Source of the DNA: Felis catus
Taxonomy: Eukaryota
Direction: 5' to 3'
Assembly: GCF_018350175.1 (NCBI RefSeq)
Contig: NC_058368.1
Coordinates: forward strand, 76,014,001-76,078,000
Length of the DNA stretch: 64,000 bases
Position numbers and translations under genes: made by a program. Shown here in pieces: positions 24,990-37,520 of the stretch (within the stretch, counting starts at the first letter, position 1; each line of letters begins with the position of its first letter). The notes beneath the pieces were generated by a model. It did no database searches. It worked only from the letters and a program-made list of their open reading frames with translations, and was not told the DNA's origin.

Positions 24990-26120
24990 ATATAATTAAA
25001 AAGTTAAAAAGAAAAAAAATTAAAGAGAAAGGAAAATTTTACAGGAGAATACCAGCTAATAAATATGAAGGGTATGACAAAATTAGAGATATCGCCATTT
25101 GGCAATCCACAATAATAACTTTTCAGGGGCAAGGACCAACCATTAGATGCTAAAAACCATCGGGCGAAAGTTCTTGGGATAAAGAACCTTCACGCTGCCA
25201 CAAGGCACCAACATTTCACTTGTTATTTGCCTCCCCCCGCCACCAAAACATGTACTTTCACAATGAAGACACCTGACAGTCACCATTGAAACCACATCAC
25301 CAAACTTAGAGTCACCAATCAAATTTAACAATCCCACCAACAGCGGGCAACATGAAATGAACCTCCTGTTACAATGCCCAAAGCATTCACTATCTCCTAT
25401 GTGATAGTGTACTAAAAACGTTTTGACTGTAAACACAGGGACACAATGAGACAGATCTAGAATGCAGGGCGTTCTATAAACAACTCTTACAGACTTCAAA
25501 CAGTCAGTTTTGGAAACCAAACCAAAGCAAGTCACTACACAAACAAATAAAAAGCCATCCTCCGCTGAAAGAGACTTAGAAAAAGAGAAAAATCGAACAA
25601 GTAAACACAAAAATGCAATGTATAGACCTTGATTTTCATCCTGGATCCAAACACAAACAAACAAAACAAATAAAACTCTGAGTAATTTGTATGTTAGATG
25701 GTATTATTAAATTATTATTGACTGTCTTATATGTGATTAAAAGCACTTTGGGGGCGCCTGGGTGGCTCAGTCGGTTGAGCGTCCGACTTCAGCTCAGGTC
25801 ACAATCTCACGTGAGTGCGAGCCCCGCGTCAGGCTCTGGGCTGATGGCTCAGAGCCTGGAGCCTGCTTCCGATTCTGTGTCTCCCTCTCTCTCTGCCCCT
25901 CCCCCATTCATGCTCTGTCTCTCTCTGTCTCAAAAATAAATAAACATTAAAAAAAATAAAAAAAAAGCACTTTGGTTATCAAACGGCATATTATTATTCT
26001 TAGGAGATGAGTGAATATCAAAGTATTTAGGGGAAAAGTGTCATGATCTCTATAGTGAACATTTAAAGAGTTAAGAAAAATACATGTGACCCTGTGTCAC
26101 ATGCGTGTGATATACAGATA
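24990..26120 (+). mobile_element. old L1 (L1MC-like) 3' UTR remnant
   Basis: GACCTTGATTTTCATCCTGG, TGTATGTTAGATGGTATTATTAAATTATT, AAGTATTTAGGGGAAAAGTGTCATGATCTCT. Confidence 0.7.
25751..25962 (+). mobile_element. felid CAN-SINE
   Basis: TSD AAAAGCACTTTGG. Confidence 0.96.
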
Positions 26121-29100
26121 AAGAATCTAAAAGCAGTAAGAAAGGCATTGTGCCTAGAATGAAACAAGGAAGGAATACCCTTCATTTTGCTTGGTGATTT
26201 CACAAATATCTCTAGGGCAAAGCGGCTGAAGAGTATCCAAAATATTACACTGAAAGTCCCCCACACGTGTGGATGAAAACGTCAGCACCTGTGTTGGTGA
26301 GTTTGGTCAAGCCTCAGGGTACGGCCCTCACTGAATAGTCCTGCTGTGCCCTCCCCTCCCCTCCCCTACAGCACGCTAGTGTGACGGCAGAAGTCATTAC
26401 CATATGGGAGCCTGTAGCTTCATGGACAGTGGAGCTCTGTCCTCAGCTTCCATTTGTACCAACGTAAAAACACTCTGTTCCCACTGTGGTTTGGTTATGT
26501 ATGGAATACCAACTTTGAATGGTCATAAAGGCCATCAAACAGCACTGAGCGTAGAGCCCTATGACCATTATTATAGCTGGAAAAAGAGAACTCACTCAAG
26601 TGGTACATCTACTGAGAAAGTTCATTATCTTATGCAAACAGAATCTAGAGAAGAAAAAGCTTGGTAGCAGCCAGAAGTAGCAAAGAATCCCTTTAGAACT
26701 ACGTAGCCCTCCAATTCAGCACCATCCATCAACATACCCCTCAAAATCAAAAATATACTCAAGCTCATGAAAGCCAGAATCAACGTATCAAAGGCCATTT
26801 GGACAGGATGTTATTACTCGGAATTATGTCAGCATTTCCACTGATCTAGCAAAGAGCTTACCTTGTTAGCTATATAAGAGGAAAATTTACAACTTTAATG
26901 GTCATTTTGAGTCAGATCCAAACACTAAGACCTCTTTTTGGTTTTCCTTTGTTTTGCTTTGTTTGTACTATTTGCGTTTTCGTTTATACGAGTTGATGTA
27001 CAAAGGTTATTTAAAACTAGTACAAATTTTCTATTCCTGAAAACTCATTATAAGCGTAAGCATTCATCAGTTCAGGACTGACAAAGTAGGTAGGTGATCC
27101 AGACAAATGACAAGTGAAAAAATCGAAGACAACCTCAGTTTTTTTAAGAAAGTATTATATTCTCTGAAATGCCCTTTCATCTACATATCAGGACCTTGTG
27201 TCTCAGGGTCACAGATACATGGTGGCCAACAATGCTGTAGCTCTCAGACCACAATGCTGTTTCCACCGCCATCTCACACACCAGGCCAAGACACTACTTC
27301 CTGATTTAATGCCATATATAAAGGGAGCATTTAAGACACCATATATTTCAGGCTTACAGAAACAAAACAGATATAGATTATACCGTCTGGTAACTTGCCC
27401 AGTACCTTCAATGACTTCAGACACCTACCTGAACTTCCCAGAAGTATCGATTAAACGGGGTCATTTTTCATTCTTGATTTTATTTAGTTGTTTCACATCA
27501 CTGATGATCATTAACAACTGCCAATATGGACAGTTCTTCTTCACTGTGTTTGAGAAGTATTGTCCAGCTCTGACAATATGGCCCAGGGATGTGTTTTTAT
27601 AGGAGAATTCATTCTGGAAAGACATCAATCATTACAATTAGGATTCTTTTTCCAGACACCTTAGGCAACCATGTAGCCATAAATGACAACATTCTACCTT
27701 TAGAATAGAGAGAATATATATTCCTACGGTAGTCAGATTTGCCTATCAAAAATGTTAATGTCATTCCAAATATATAAAAATAAATTAATATATTAAAAAT
27801 AGTAGAGGCATTTAATTAAACCAACTTGATCTATGAAAGCTTGAAGAAGTTCACATAGAACTCCATGAAAGAATGAGATAAATAGATGAGAGAAGGGGGT
27901 AGAAGTTTAAAAGAAGTCAGCAAAACATCATTCATGGTTTTATTCCTTTAATTTTATTAAGAAAAACATTAATTGATTAATTTCTCCCCACCTGATATCA
28001 TTACCACTTCTCCTCAAACAACCAAGCAACAAACCAAATAAACGAACAAAGACCCACAATGTACAAGAACCCCATGGTCAACTCATTCCATGGCAATCAT
28101 TCAGCTTTAAGACAGAGAAGGTAGTGGAATTTTTTTTTTTATCTTTGCCTACGTTGACAGTGTCTTCTGCTCCTACCTACCATTGTTGCCACTGAGCAAG
28201 GCAATCCACACAGTCTGAAGGCCACTTGGCTTTTCTGCTCCCCCAGATTAACAGTTGCTATATACTTGGGTTCCACGATTAAAACTTTAAGAAGGTACAC
28301 TCAAGTGCTTACGGATTTATCTTTCAAAGAAAGGTATCATGTCATAGTGGCTGGTGCTCAGACTCTCCAGGGTCAGCAATGCCATGGCCCAGAATTAGTC
28401 CCTCCCAATGAAAGTCTGATGTTGAAAACAAGTGTCAAGCTGGATTCTTGTTACGCTCTTGGTGAGTTCTCCTGAAGCTCCCGGGTGGTACTCCTGGAAT
28501 TACTTTGCCAAATGTAGTTTCAGTCCATTCCATCAATTCCCCAAACCGTGCACAGATCAAAATCATCTTGCTTGCTGGAGATGCCTGAGACCTTTGTGCA
28601 AATGAGTTATCTCATAACCCAGCACCCCAAGAAAAAAGATAAAAGATCTTACGATCTTGATACAGGGCAGACAGAGAAGTAAGACCACTAAAGCGATTCT
28701 TTTTCCCCCATTAACAATAAAAATCTGTGATATGTGAACCTTTTAAAAGGTTGCCATATTTATTTAATTCTATTTCCCCAGATGTCCAATTCTTTAAAAG
28801 TAGAAAAATAATAAATCTTTGGTAAGATTAACACCAAACATTATTACCAAATGAGACAATGCGGCTGCTAGAGGTTGAGTAAAAAGGAAGCTTTCATTTC
28901 CTAAAAGATGTAGCAAGGATGAAATGCATTGAGTCAGATTTTTGTGATGTCCATGAGATGAAATTAAACCTTTGTTTAGACAAAGAACAGCCTCTCCTTT
29001 ATAATGACAACATGGTTAATAAAAAGGAAAATGTAGATGTTACAGGGGACTTTCTTAAGAATGTCCACCCAATAGGTGCAAAAAGAAATTGCAGGTGATA

Positions 29101-29406
29101 CAATCAATACAGGCAGAAGTTAACATTTTGAGGGATAAAGTCTTTAATTGTCCATTCATGTCGACAGATTGTCAAGAAACGTTGAGAAGTTTCAAATTTT
29201 GCCTTGCTTGCAAGATAGAAGTTTGGGGATGCCACAGCAGTGTGGATGCTGGTGGGAGACAGCGAGACTCCTGGGTGTAGACAGAGGACAGCTTATTACT
29301 TACTACCAACAATAGAAGTTGCCACAGTATGAATATTCTGTGTTGGTTCCCCACATCTCATCCGCAGAGAATGACATGAAAAGGATCAGATGGAACCAGT
29401 ACTCAC

Positions 29407-29633
29407 AGGAGGTCATGTTGTGGGACAGTAGCTGAGCTCAGGAAATCTGAACTTCTGCAATGTGGGTGAAGCACGTCCACCTTTGGCTCCACAGGTAGAC
29501 ATAATCTCTCTTTTCTCAAGCTGTCTGCTACACAAACATCCTTGCAAAGGTAATCCAGAACAAAAGGGCAGTCAATGCTGACTTGAAAGACGTCCAAAAA
29601 TGTGAAGGATAAATCATCTCCCCGTGGGATATT
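29407..29633 (-). other. candidate exon (227 nt, one open frame, product unrecognised)
   Basis: Acceptor ttgttctgctttctccaag|, donor CCT|gtgagt, 75 stop-free codons NIPRGDDLSF...VPQHDL. Confidence 0.3.
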
Positions 29634-29887
29634 CTTGGAGAAAGCAGAACAAGTTCAAAGTCCTCACTTCGACGAAGAGTGAGCAAGATTAGAAGAGATG
29701 TCTAGAACTGTGTTAGTTCAGCTAACTGCACAGACAGAATTAGATTAGAAAATTATGCAGCATACGATGTATTCACTGTAACATTATTAAAAGATTAATG
29801 CCACTGCTAATTTGTGACAAATCTTTCCAATTGTCCAATGTAATATTAATAGAGAACACCTGTCCTGGCGGTTCCACTGAGGTAGAC

Positions 29888-30072
29888 CAATGATTCTCAA
29901 CTCAGGGGGAGTTGGCAATATCTCAAGGTATTTGGGGCTGTCAGAACTAGGAGTGCTATCAGCATCTAGCAAGTAGAGGGCAGGAACGCACAAATCCTCC
30001 AATGCATAGGATAGCCTCTTACAACGAAGGTTTATTCAGCCTAAAGTCAATAGTGCAAAGATTGAAAACCAT
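29888..30072 (+). mobile_element. MER20 (hAT-Charlie non-autonomous DNA element)
   Basis: CAATGATTCTCAAC...GCATCTAGCAAGTAGAGGGCAGG...CAATAGTGCAAAGATTGAAAACC. Confidence 0.85.
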
Positions 30073-30384
30073 AATGCACACTCACCTCAGCTCAGTAATT
30101 ATACCGAATCTCAAATAAGCTGGAATAATACTATCATTTAAACTACATGATCATTAGTAAAGTATTGACCCAGAGAGCTCGTATTTGTCTCCAGTGAGCA
30201 AATAAAAATATATATTTTACTCTTCTTTTTACACAGATAAAATAGTATTTACAAACCATTTTAGAAACTCTTTAGATATATTCTGAATGCAGTAATTTAA
30301 ACAAAGATTATTGCCCAGTTCATAATTAGACGTCACGTTAGACACACATTGCAATGGGAAGGAAAAAGAGATTTGACTCTCAAT

Positions 30385-30590
30385 CTTTCAGAGATGGGAT
30401 CCTAGAATAATCACGTATCAGCTGCATGTCCTTGGGAAGATAACATATATTCTTTGACCCTGAATTTCTCAGCTTTCAAATGGGTCAATCACAGTATGCA
30501 ATATTAATACTGACTGCAAAGACATTGTGAGAATTAAATGAAATACGTTATGGGAAAGTGCTTTGTAAATTCTAAAGCTGCTAATATCAG
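30385..30590 (+). mobile_element. MIR relic
   Basis: GTCCTTGGGAAGATAAC...CCTGAATTTCTCAGCTTTCAAATGGG...TTGTGAGAATTAAATGAAATA. Confidence 0.75.
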
Positions 30591-31714
30591 CTGAGATTTT
30601 AAGAGCAATTATTTTTCCCTTGTCATCAAAGAGACAGAGTAATGACAAATGGCCTATTCTCCTTCTGCAGGATCATTGATTTTTGAAATCCTCAAAGATC
30701 GTAATAATAGTCTTTTTATTCTTCTCCAGTGGGTTTTAGTTTACCCTATTGTGAAGGCCAGGTATGCGCAACTGTATAGAGTAACCTGTCAAAAATCAGA
30801 ATTTCGATGTCACTTCACGGCAACATATTCCGTGAAATGTCTGAGAGCGTCTCAAAGGGCGAAAATTCGAGACTAAGCACGTATCAGAGCCCACTCAGCG
30901 ATACAGGGTCACATATGTTATTTTCATCTACTTGTGATACCATCCTTTCCCTTTTCATTGTGAGAGAAGCGATGTCTTGACTGCTTCGTGCATTTGGTTA
31001 ATTAAACGTATCTTGCTCAAATTCCGTTTTTACAAGAACGCAGCGATGGCAAAAGGGACAAAAGGCTTTCAAAATCATGACTGAAGCAACCTAAGTGGAC
31101 TGTGGACTACGGCACTGAAGTGCTGTAAAACCTACCGGACGCTCTTCCCAGGTAACGTATCCCCTCGTCCAGGTGCAGTTTTGTTGGGAGGGGTGCAAAC
31201 AACGGAGAGCACTGCCTGCAAAGGAATATTACACTGGCTGACCACAAATTCTCTGTGTTGCTAACAGAGACTGACCACAAATAAATATTTAAGAAATGTC
31301 CAAGGAGACCATAGGGGTCTATTTTCAGAATTACATGTAAAAGACGCCAATCACCCAATCTGCTCTGTGGATGCTTTCGGCCCCAGGTGCTGATTCAACT
31401 AAGGACCAGGGTAAATCTACGTAACAATAAAACTAGAGAGACTGTCTTTTCCGCTCAGGAGACCTGTAGTACCCTGCTGATGAACTTGATTGACATGGAC
31501 TGAGGGAAGTTCCTTAATACCCTTCCACCATCCGTTGGGGAGGCCACCTGAATTCACAATGACCTATTTTTCTCTTTATGTTTACACTTTGGGGGCCACT
31601 TACAATCATTAACAGGATGGGAGAAAATGACAAAAAATAGATGAAGTTTAAAATCATCTCACACGCCTAGGTACACTGATGTAAAAAGAAGATAAGTTTG
31701 GTTAAATTCTTTAA

Positions 31715-31747
31715 TTGTTTTTTTTTAATCTCTTAATATTTATTTTT

Positions 31748-31795
<48 letters not shown>

Positions 31796-31952
31796 AAGTG
31801 GGGGAAGGGCAGAGGGAGAGGAAGAGAGAGAGAATCCCAAGCAGTCTCCGTGCCGTCAGGGCAGAGCCCAATGTGTGGCTCAAACCCGCAACCGCAAGAT
31901 CATGACCTGAGCCGAAGTCTGATGCTCAACCGACAGAGCCACAAGATGCCCC
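31715..31952 (-). mobile_element. CAN-SINE
   Basis: Antisense SINE with (GA)n. Confidence 0.94.
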
Positions 31953-32142
31953 TAAAGTTTTTTAATTTGTGAAACTGTTTCAGATAGCATATCCACTGCT
32001 TTTCTTTGCACATAACCAAACTGATAAACAAACTGAATAATATAGATAATTGGATTCATTCAACCCATTCTCAAAGATGAGAATTCCCTGTATTTTCTAC
32101 AGATTATACAATTCAGTGGGACAACTGTACCCATGAACTTAC

Positions 32143-32280
32143 CTGTTCCTTTAGAAGAGACCAGTTCATATATCCTATAATCTTTTCCAAGTTGCTGTGA
32201 CAGAACCTGAACTGATTTGAATTAACTCTGTGCTTCCGAATTAGTCAGTGTACTTCAGATTTATGGGACCAATACCTGAT
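32143..32280 (-). other. candidate non-coding or decayed exon
   Basis: Perfect donor CAG|gtaagt; TACTAAT branch-like motif before tandem AG acceptors (32280 or 32275); stops in all frames. Confidence 0.25.
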
Positions 32281-32396
32281 CTAAACAGCAATTAGTAATT
32301 ATCAACCATATGAAAAATATGTGGGATAAATACCACACCATTTTCATGAAATTCCCTTACCTGAGGGATATGCTTTTGAAAATTTCAAGTGGGTCT

Positions 32397-32615
32397 TTTT
32401 TTTTATTTTTTTAACGTTTATTTATTTTTGAGACAGAGAGAGACAGAGCATGAACAGGGGAGGAGCAGAGAGAGAGGGAGACACAGAATCTGAAACAGGC
32501 TCCAGGCTCTGAGCTGTCGGCACAGAGCCCAACGCGGGGCTCGAACTCACGGACAGTGAGATCATGACCTGAGCCGAAGTCAGACGCTTAACCGACCGAG
32601 CCACCCAGGCGCCCC
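32397..32615 (-). mobile_element. felid CAN-SINE
   Basis: TSD TCAAGTGGGTCTT. Confidence 0.96.
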
Positions 32616-33215
32616 TCAAGTGGGTCTTAAGCCCCATATCTCCGCAATGATTCTTTCTCACAGAGGTTGATGCCAACAGCTAAGAACGATATTTATTGTA
32701 TGGAAAACGGACTATACAAGGAAGAATGAATTCCTTTGGCCGATATCTTTTTATGTAAGTTTCTTCCTAGATATTTATAAATTTAACCTTCAGTATCCTA
32801 AATAGGTTAAAAAGAATTTGTCATTTAATTTTACCCCAGGTCTATGATTTCCACCTACAGAACAAAAGAAAACAAACATTTGAGCACCCCCTTTGTCATC
32901 TGAAACAGACAGTGACAATCCCTAGTAGGGCTTGGTCACCGTGAAGGTTTGTTTACTTCTTCACTTCCAGTACCCATGCTTTACGGTACTGGTACCATGA
33001 GCAACACCAGCCCTGAGGCTCCGGTCCAGCTGAATATGTGAAAATTCCTGGCTCTCCACCAAGCACTCTAAGCAGTACTCACAATGTCTGCATGCTGCCG
33101 GGGAATCGCAATCAAGGCATCCAAGTTCAGCCAACAGCACAGAGGGAAGTAACAGTGACACACAGGACTTCATATGCTACTAATACAACAGCCACTGGTA
33201 AGCCCAGCTATTAAA

Positions 33216-33434
33216 GGGGGGGGGGGGGGGCTGGGTGGCTCAGTCGGTTGAGCATGACTTCGGCTCAGGTCATGATCTCACGGTTCATGGGATCAAGCCC
33301 CGCGTCGGGCTCTGTGCTGACAGCTCGGAGCTTGGAGCCTGCTTTGGATTCTATGTCTCTCTCTCTCTGCCCTTCCCCTGCTCACACGTTGTCTCTTTCT
33401 TCTCTTTCTCAAATTAAATAAACATTAAAAAAAA
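33216..33434 (+). mobile_element. CAN-SINE with a G15 run at its 5' end
   Basis: G run 33216-33230 followed by CTGGGTGGCTCAGTCGGTT. Confidence 0.93.
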
Positions 33435-34060
33435 TTACAGAGAGAGAGAGAGTGACCAAGACTGAGAAAGCGCACTGATGAACAGAGGGAAGCATTTAAA
33501 GGCCAAAGTGAAGAATTTAAGGAGGTTTAATGACAGATATACGTCTATTAAAAAAAAAACAAAACTATCAAAAAGACAATGCACTAATTTCATGTTGAGA
33601 TGAAAACATCTATCCTGCATATTGCAATGGGAAATAAACAATAAATAGTCAATCCTCAGGGTTTACTTGTTTGTGTTTGACAAGTTCTAGAAATCTAACA
33701 TTTATTTAGTTGATTTTTAGACCTAATTAATCACATGATTGTACATATACACACTTCAGGACCAGAGATGCCTGTATTTGATTTCAGTATTCCACATAGG
33801 AATCCTCTCTTAGACTTAGTTCCTTGGGGGAAAAATCACAGCAATAAATATTCTTGCCTTGAAATTCAATTAGAAGGTTTAAATGTAATAACATATGAAA
33901 GCATCCAGTATTAATTTATTTTCTTTCAAATATAAGAATATGAATGGGTAAGTTTACCATTTCTCAAAAAGATTGAGGCATTCTCTTCATTGGTAGCAAA
34001 AATGTTAAGCTCTGAATAAGTCTGGGAAGAGAATGGACATATCTATTACAAAACAAAATA

Positions 34061-34250
34061 GGGGACACCTGGGTGGCTCAGTCAGCTCAGGTCATGATCC
34101 TAGAGTCGTGGGATCAAGCCTCGTGTTGACCTCAGTGCTGAGAGTGGAGCCTGCTTAAGATTCTCTCCCTCTCTCCCCCCGCCCCTCCATGCTTACATGG
34201 GCACTCCCTCTCTCTCTCTCTAAAAATTTTAATTAATTAGTTAATTAATT
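34061..34250 (+). mobile_element. CAN-SINE with internal deletion
   Basis: GGGGACACCTGGGTGGCTCAGTC head; TSD AAAACAA(A/G)AATAG-like. Confidence 0.9.
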
Positions 34251-34558
34251 AAAACAAGAATAGCCATATGCCAACACCATCGTATGTTCTATAAACATAT
34301 TTTCTATTTCTGGTAGCCTTGCTACTTAGTACGACCTACTCACGGCACAGAGATTGTACAATGATACACTGAATCGACTGCTGCACGTTGGGGCACAAAT
34401 CTAAACGAATCACAACTGTAATCAAAACAACCCCTTGTGCTTGTATACCAAACATCCTGAAGCTCGTTGGGGTGCAAGGCACATCCTACTAGGGCCCCTT
34501 CAAGGGTCTGCAGCCGCTTTGCCAGCTCCTGAACTCTGAGCACTGTGATTAATTTCAC

Positions 34559-34613
34559 AAGGTAACCGCAAGGTAACCGTAAGGTAACCGCAAAGGTAAC
34601 CGCAAAGGTAACC
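34559..34613. repeat. 11-12 bp tandem repeat, 5 copies of AAGGTAACC(GCA)
   Basis: Copies start at 34559, 34570, 34581, 34593, 34605. Confidence 0.95.
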
Positions 34614-35502
34614 ACCGGGGTATAGTTGAGAAAGCCAGGGAGGCGAGAAGAACACAGATGATGTGCGATTCTAGGCAATGAGCTTCACTCCCTGGCAGAA
34701 TGCTTAAAAGTGGGGTGGGGACAAACTGAAAGACACCCCGGTTAAAAACCTTTCCACCCAAATAGTTGGCCCATTTGACTGGTAAATAAGGAGCCAACAA
34801 TGTTTCCTTTAAACACGGGTTTGTATGTCAAGAGAAGGCTCCCCACCAAGTAAATTGTTCTATTCAGTTAAAACCTCGTAATTCTCCAAGAATGGGAATT
34901 GCTTGACCGGAAAAGAAGATGAAGGACAAACAGACATTCCAGCCTTGGACGTGGCTGAACGCCCAGATCAAGAGTCGCATCCTCTACCTAAGCCCCAAAA
35001 GTTGGCTTAGGATTTATTAATTGAAAGTAGACTCTACACCCAGCATGGAGCTTGAACCCAGGACAGGGAGTTTAGAAACTCTGAGGGCCGCCTTTGAGCT
35101 TTGGCTCTCAGGAGCATGAAAGCAGCTCCAGAAAAGGGAAGAAGAGAATTGACAGTTTGAAAGACAGCTTTTTTCCCTTTACTTTATACTAGAGGCAATC
35201 GATTCAGTATTATGTGTGCAGGACACGTTCTGACTTTAAATTAATGCATATTTGTTTCAGATTTAATACACTGCATTTTTATGTTTCCCATTTTTAAGTT
35301 AATAGACATGAGTTTGACAGTAACTAGTAAGTCCTAATATTTAAACAGAAGGGAATTAAATGGCTATATTCTTTAAATACAAGGCACTTTTCCTAAGTAA
35401 AAAAAAAAAAAAAAACACAAACAAAAAAACAAACAAACAAACAAAAAACCCAAAAGAAAACCCCCTGGGGTTTCTGGAATGGCTCTTAAAAATAATTTGC
35501 TT

Positions 35503-35731
35503 TTCTTTTTTTAAATTTTTTTTCTTAATGTTTTTATTTATTTTTGAGACAGAGAGAGACAGAGCATGAGCAGGGAAGGGGCAGAGAGAGAGGGAGATAC
35601 AGAATCGGAAGCAGGCTCCAGGCTCTGCACCATCAGCACAGAGCCCGATGCGGGGCTTGAACTCACAGACTGTGAGATCATGACCTGAGCCGAAGCCAGA
35701 CGCTCTACCGACTGAGCCACCCAGGCGCCCC
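35503..35731 (-). mobile_element. felid CAN-SINE
   Basis: TSD AAAAATAATTTGCTTTT. Confidence 0.96.
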
Positions 35732-36682
35732 AAAAATAATTTGCTTTTGAGGAGTTTGCTGGTAGGTCTGTTTGTGCCGTGAGCTGGACTCCCTTGGTGC
35801 CTGGAGCACAGCCCACTGTGATCCGAGTACTGGCGCTGTTTCCTTCCCTCTTCCTTCTGGGCCTCGTGGGTCCTCGTTGGGGTCTGAATAGACACACATA
35901 CTTTGCACATGTGGGTGTTTAGAAAATGCCATTTGATGATAGTGATGATGATTCCCCGAAAGTGAGGGTTTTTCATCAGAAGAATGTGTGACTGTTGGGA
36001 GTCTTCCGATTAGATCCTCCTGATCTCTTAAAAATAGGATGGATTCGTTCCTCTATTTGGGATGGTTACAGGGGAGTCTTGTCTAAAGGCAGAGAAAGGA
36101 TGGGATGACTGCAAGGTCCCTTCCAATTTTCTGAGTCTATGAAGTAGGATCATTGCTTCTGAGGAAAAGGCCTGAAGGTTCAGCATGTAGAAGATGGTGG
36201 CCAGCTGTGCTCTCTCCTCACTGATGACAGAGGAGGAAATATGTTTAAACTTGAATGTGAGTGATAGCAGCTTCGAGGGGAGAAATTCTTGACACCAAGG
36301 GAATATCAAAACGAAGCATAAAAGAAGTCAAGAAATGCAGGCAGCTCACCTTCCCCAGTGGCAGGCTATTCATGGTGGAGGAGAATCTTTCATAAGCAGG
36401 GGACAGTGCGCCTGAATTTCTTTTTGCTTTAGGTCTTTCTCAACATTAGTTTCGGATTTCTTATGACAAGTTAACGGTTCGGGGTTGATATTCATTACTT
36501 CGCATTGGTGAAAAGTTACCCAAGGGTTTATGGGTGTGGCTAGGACCCACTAGAAATGACTTTGATGTGTTCTGGGAAGTTCTAGGAAGATGTGGCACAT
36601 AAGACCGATCATGTGTTATGAACTGCACTGATTTTTATTAATTTCAGATGTATAAACTTAGACGTTAAAATACTGTATTAAA

Positions 36683-36869
36683 GGGGCACCTGAGTGGCTC
36701 AGTCAGTTAGGCGTCTGACTCTTGACTTTGGCACAGGTCATGATCTCATGAGATTGAGCCCTAAGTTGGGCCGACAGCATGGAGCCTGCTTGGAATTTTC
36801 TCTCTTCCTCTGTCTCTCTGCTCCTTCCCTGCACATTCTCTCTCTCTTAAAATAAATAAACATTTAAAA
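36683..36869 (+). mobile_element. CAN-SINE
   Basis: GGGGCACCTGAGTGGCTCAGTCAG head, AATAAA tail. Confidence 0.92.
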
Positions 36870-37294
36870 GCATATGTTGTATTAAAGTCATTCTCTCCTA
36901 CTCTTCTACATTAGGTAAAATTACATTAATTCATATTTTTAAAAGGTCCTTTGGCTTGAGGTTTTTAGAAGTTTTATTTTAGAAATATTGGAGAGTAAGA
37001 GTCAATTATCCAGTAACTATGAATATATTGGTAGAGAATGCCCTATTAGCCCTCTGGAAAAATAGAGTCAGTCGTTGCTAAAAATGATTAACAATTAGTT
37101 ATTATGAGATATGAAACAACATGACAATAACCAAATCAAGAAAATCTATAAAGCCTACAGGAAGCCGATTATTTATATAATACTATTTTCTTTATGTTTA
37201 ACAACCCAAAAAACATCTTTTACAAAATATTAATACAAAAGAACTATATACTTTAACATGTATACCTTATAGACAAAGTAAGGTCCATATTTCC

Positions 37295-37520
37295 ATATAT
37301 TATAATATATATATAATAATTATATATGGACAAATTATATACATATATATATACATATACATATATATGTATATATACATATGTATATGTATATATACAT
37401 GTATATATATACATGTATATATATATATGTATATAATTTGTCCATATATATATTTTTCCATTATATATATTATATAATTATATATAATTACATATATATA
37501 ATTATATAAGATATATAATT
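37295..37520. repeat. (TA)-rich compound microsatellite containing an inverted repeat
   Basis: 37321-37353 is the exact reverse complement of 37418-37450. Confidence 0.93.

Noticed and set aside
25143..25664. 173-aa hydrophobic ORF
   Set aside because: Antisense to an A-rich L1 remnant, non-ATG start, no recognisable domain.
35356..35976. 206-aa ORF, the longest in the track
   Set aside because: Runs through a CAN-SINE and low-complexity A/T tracts; the same applies to all WVAQSV/GAPGW/EPASDSVSPSL ORFs.
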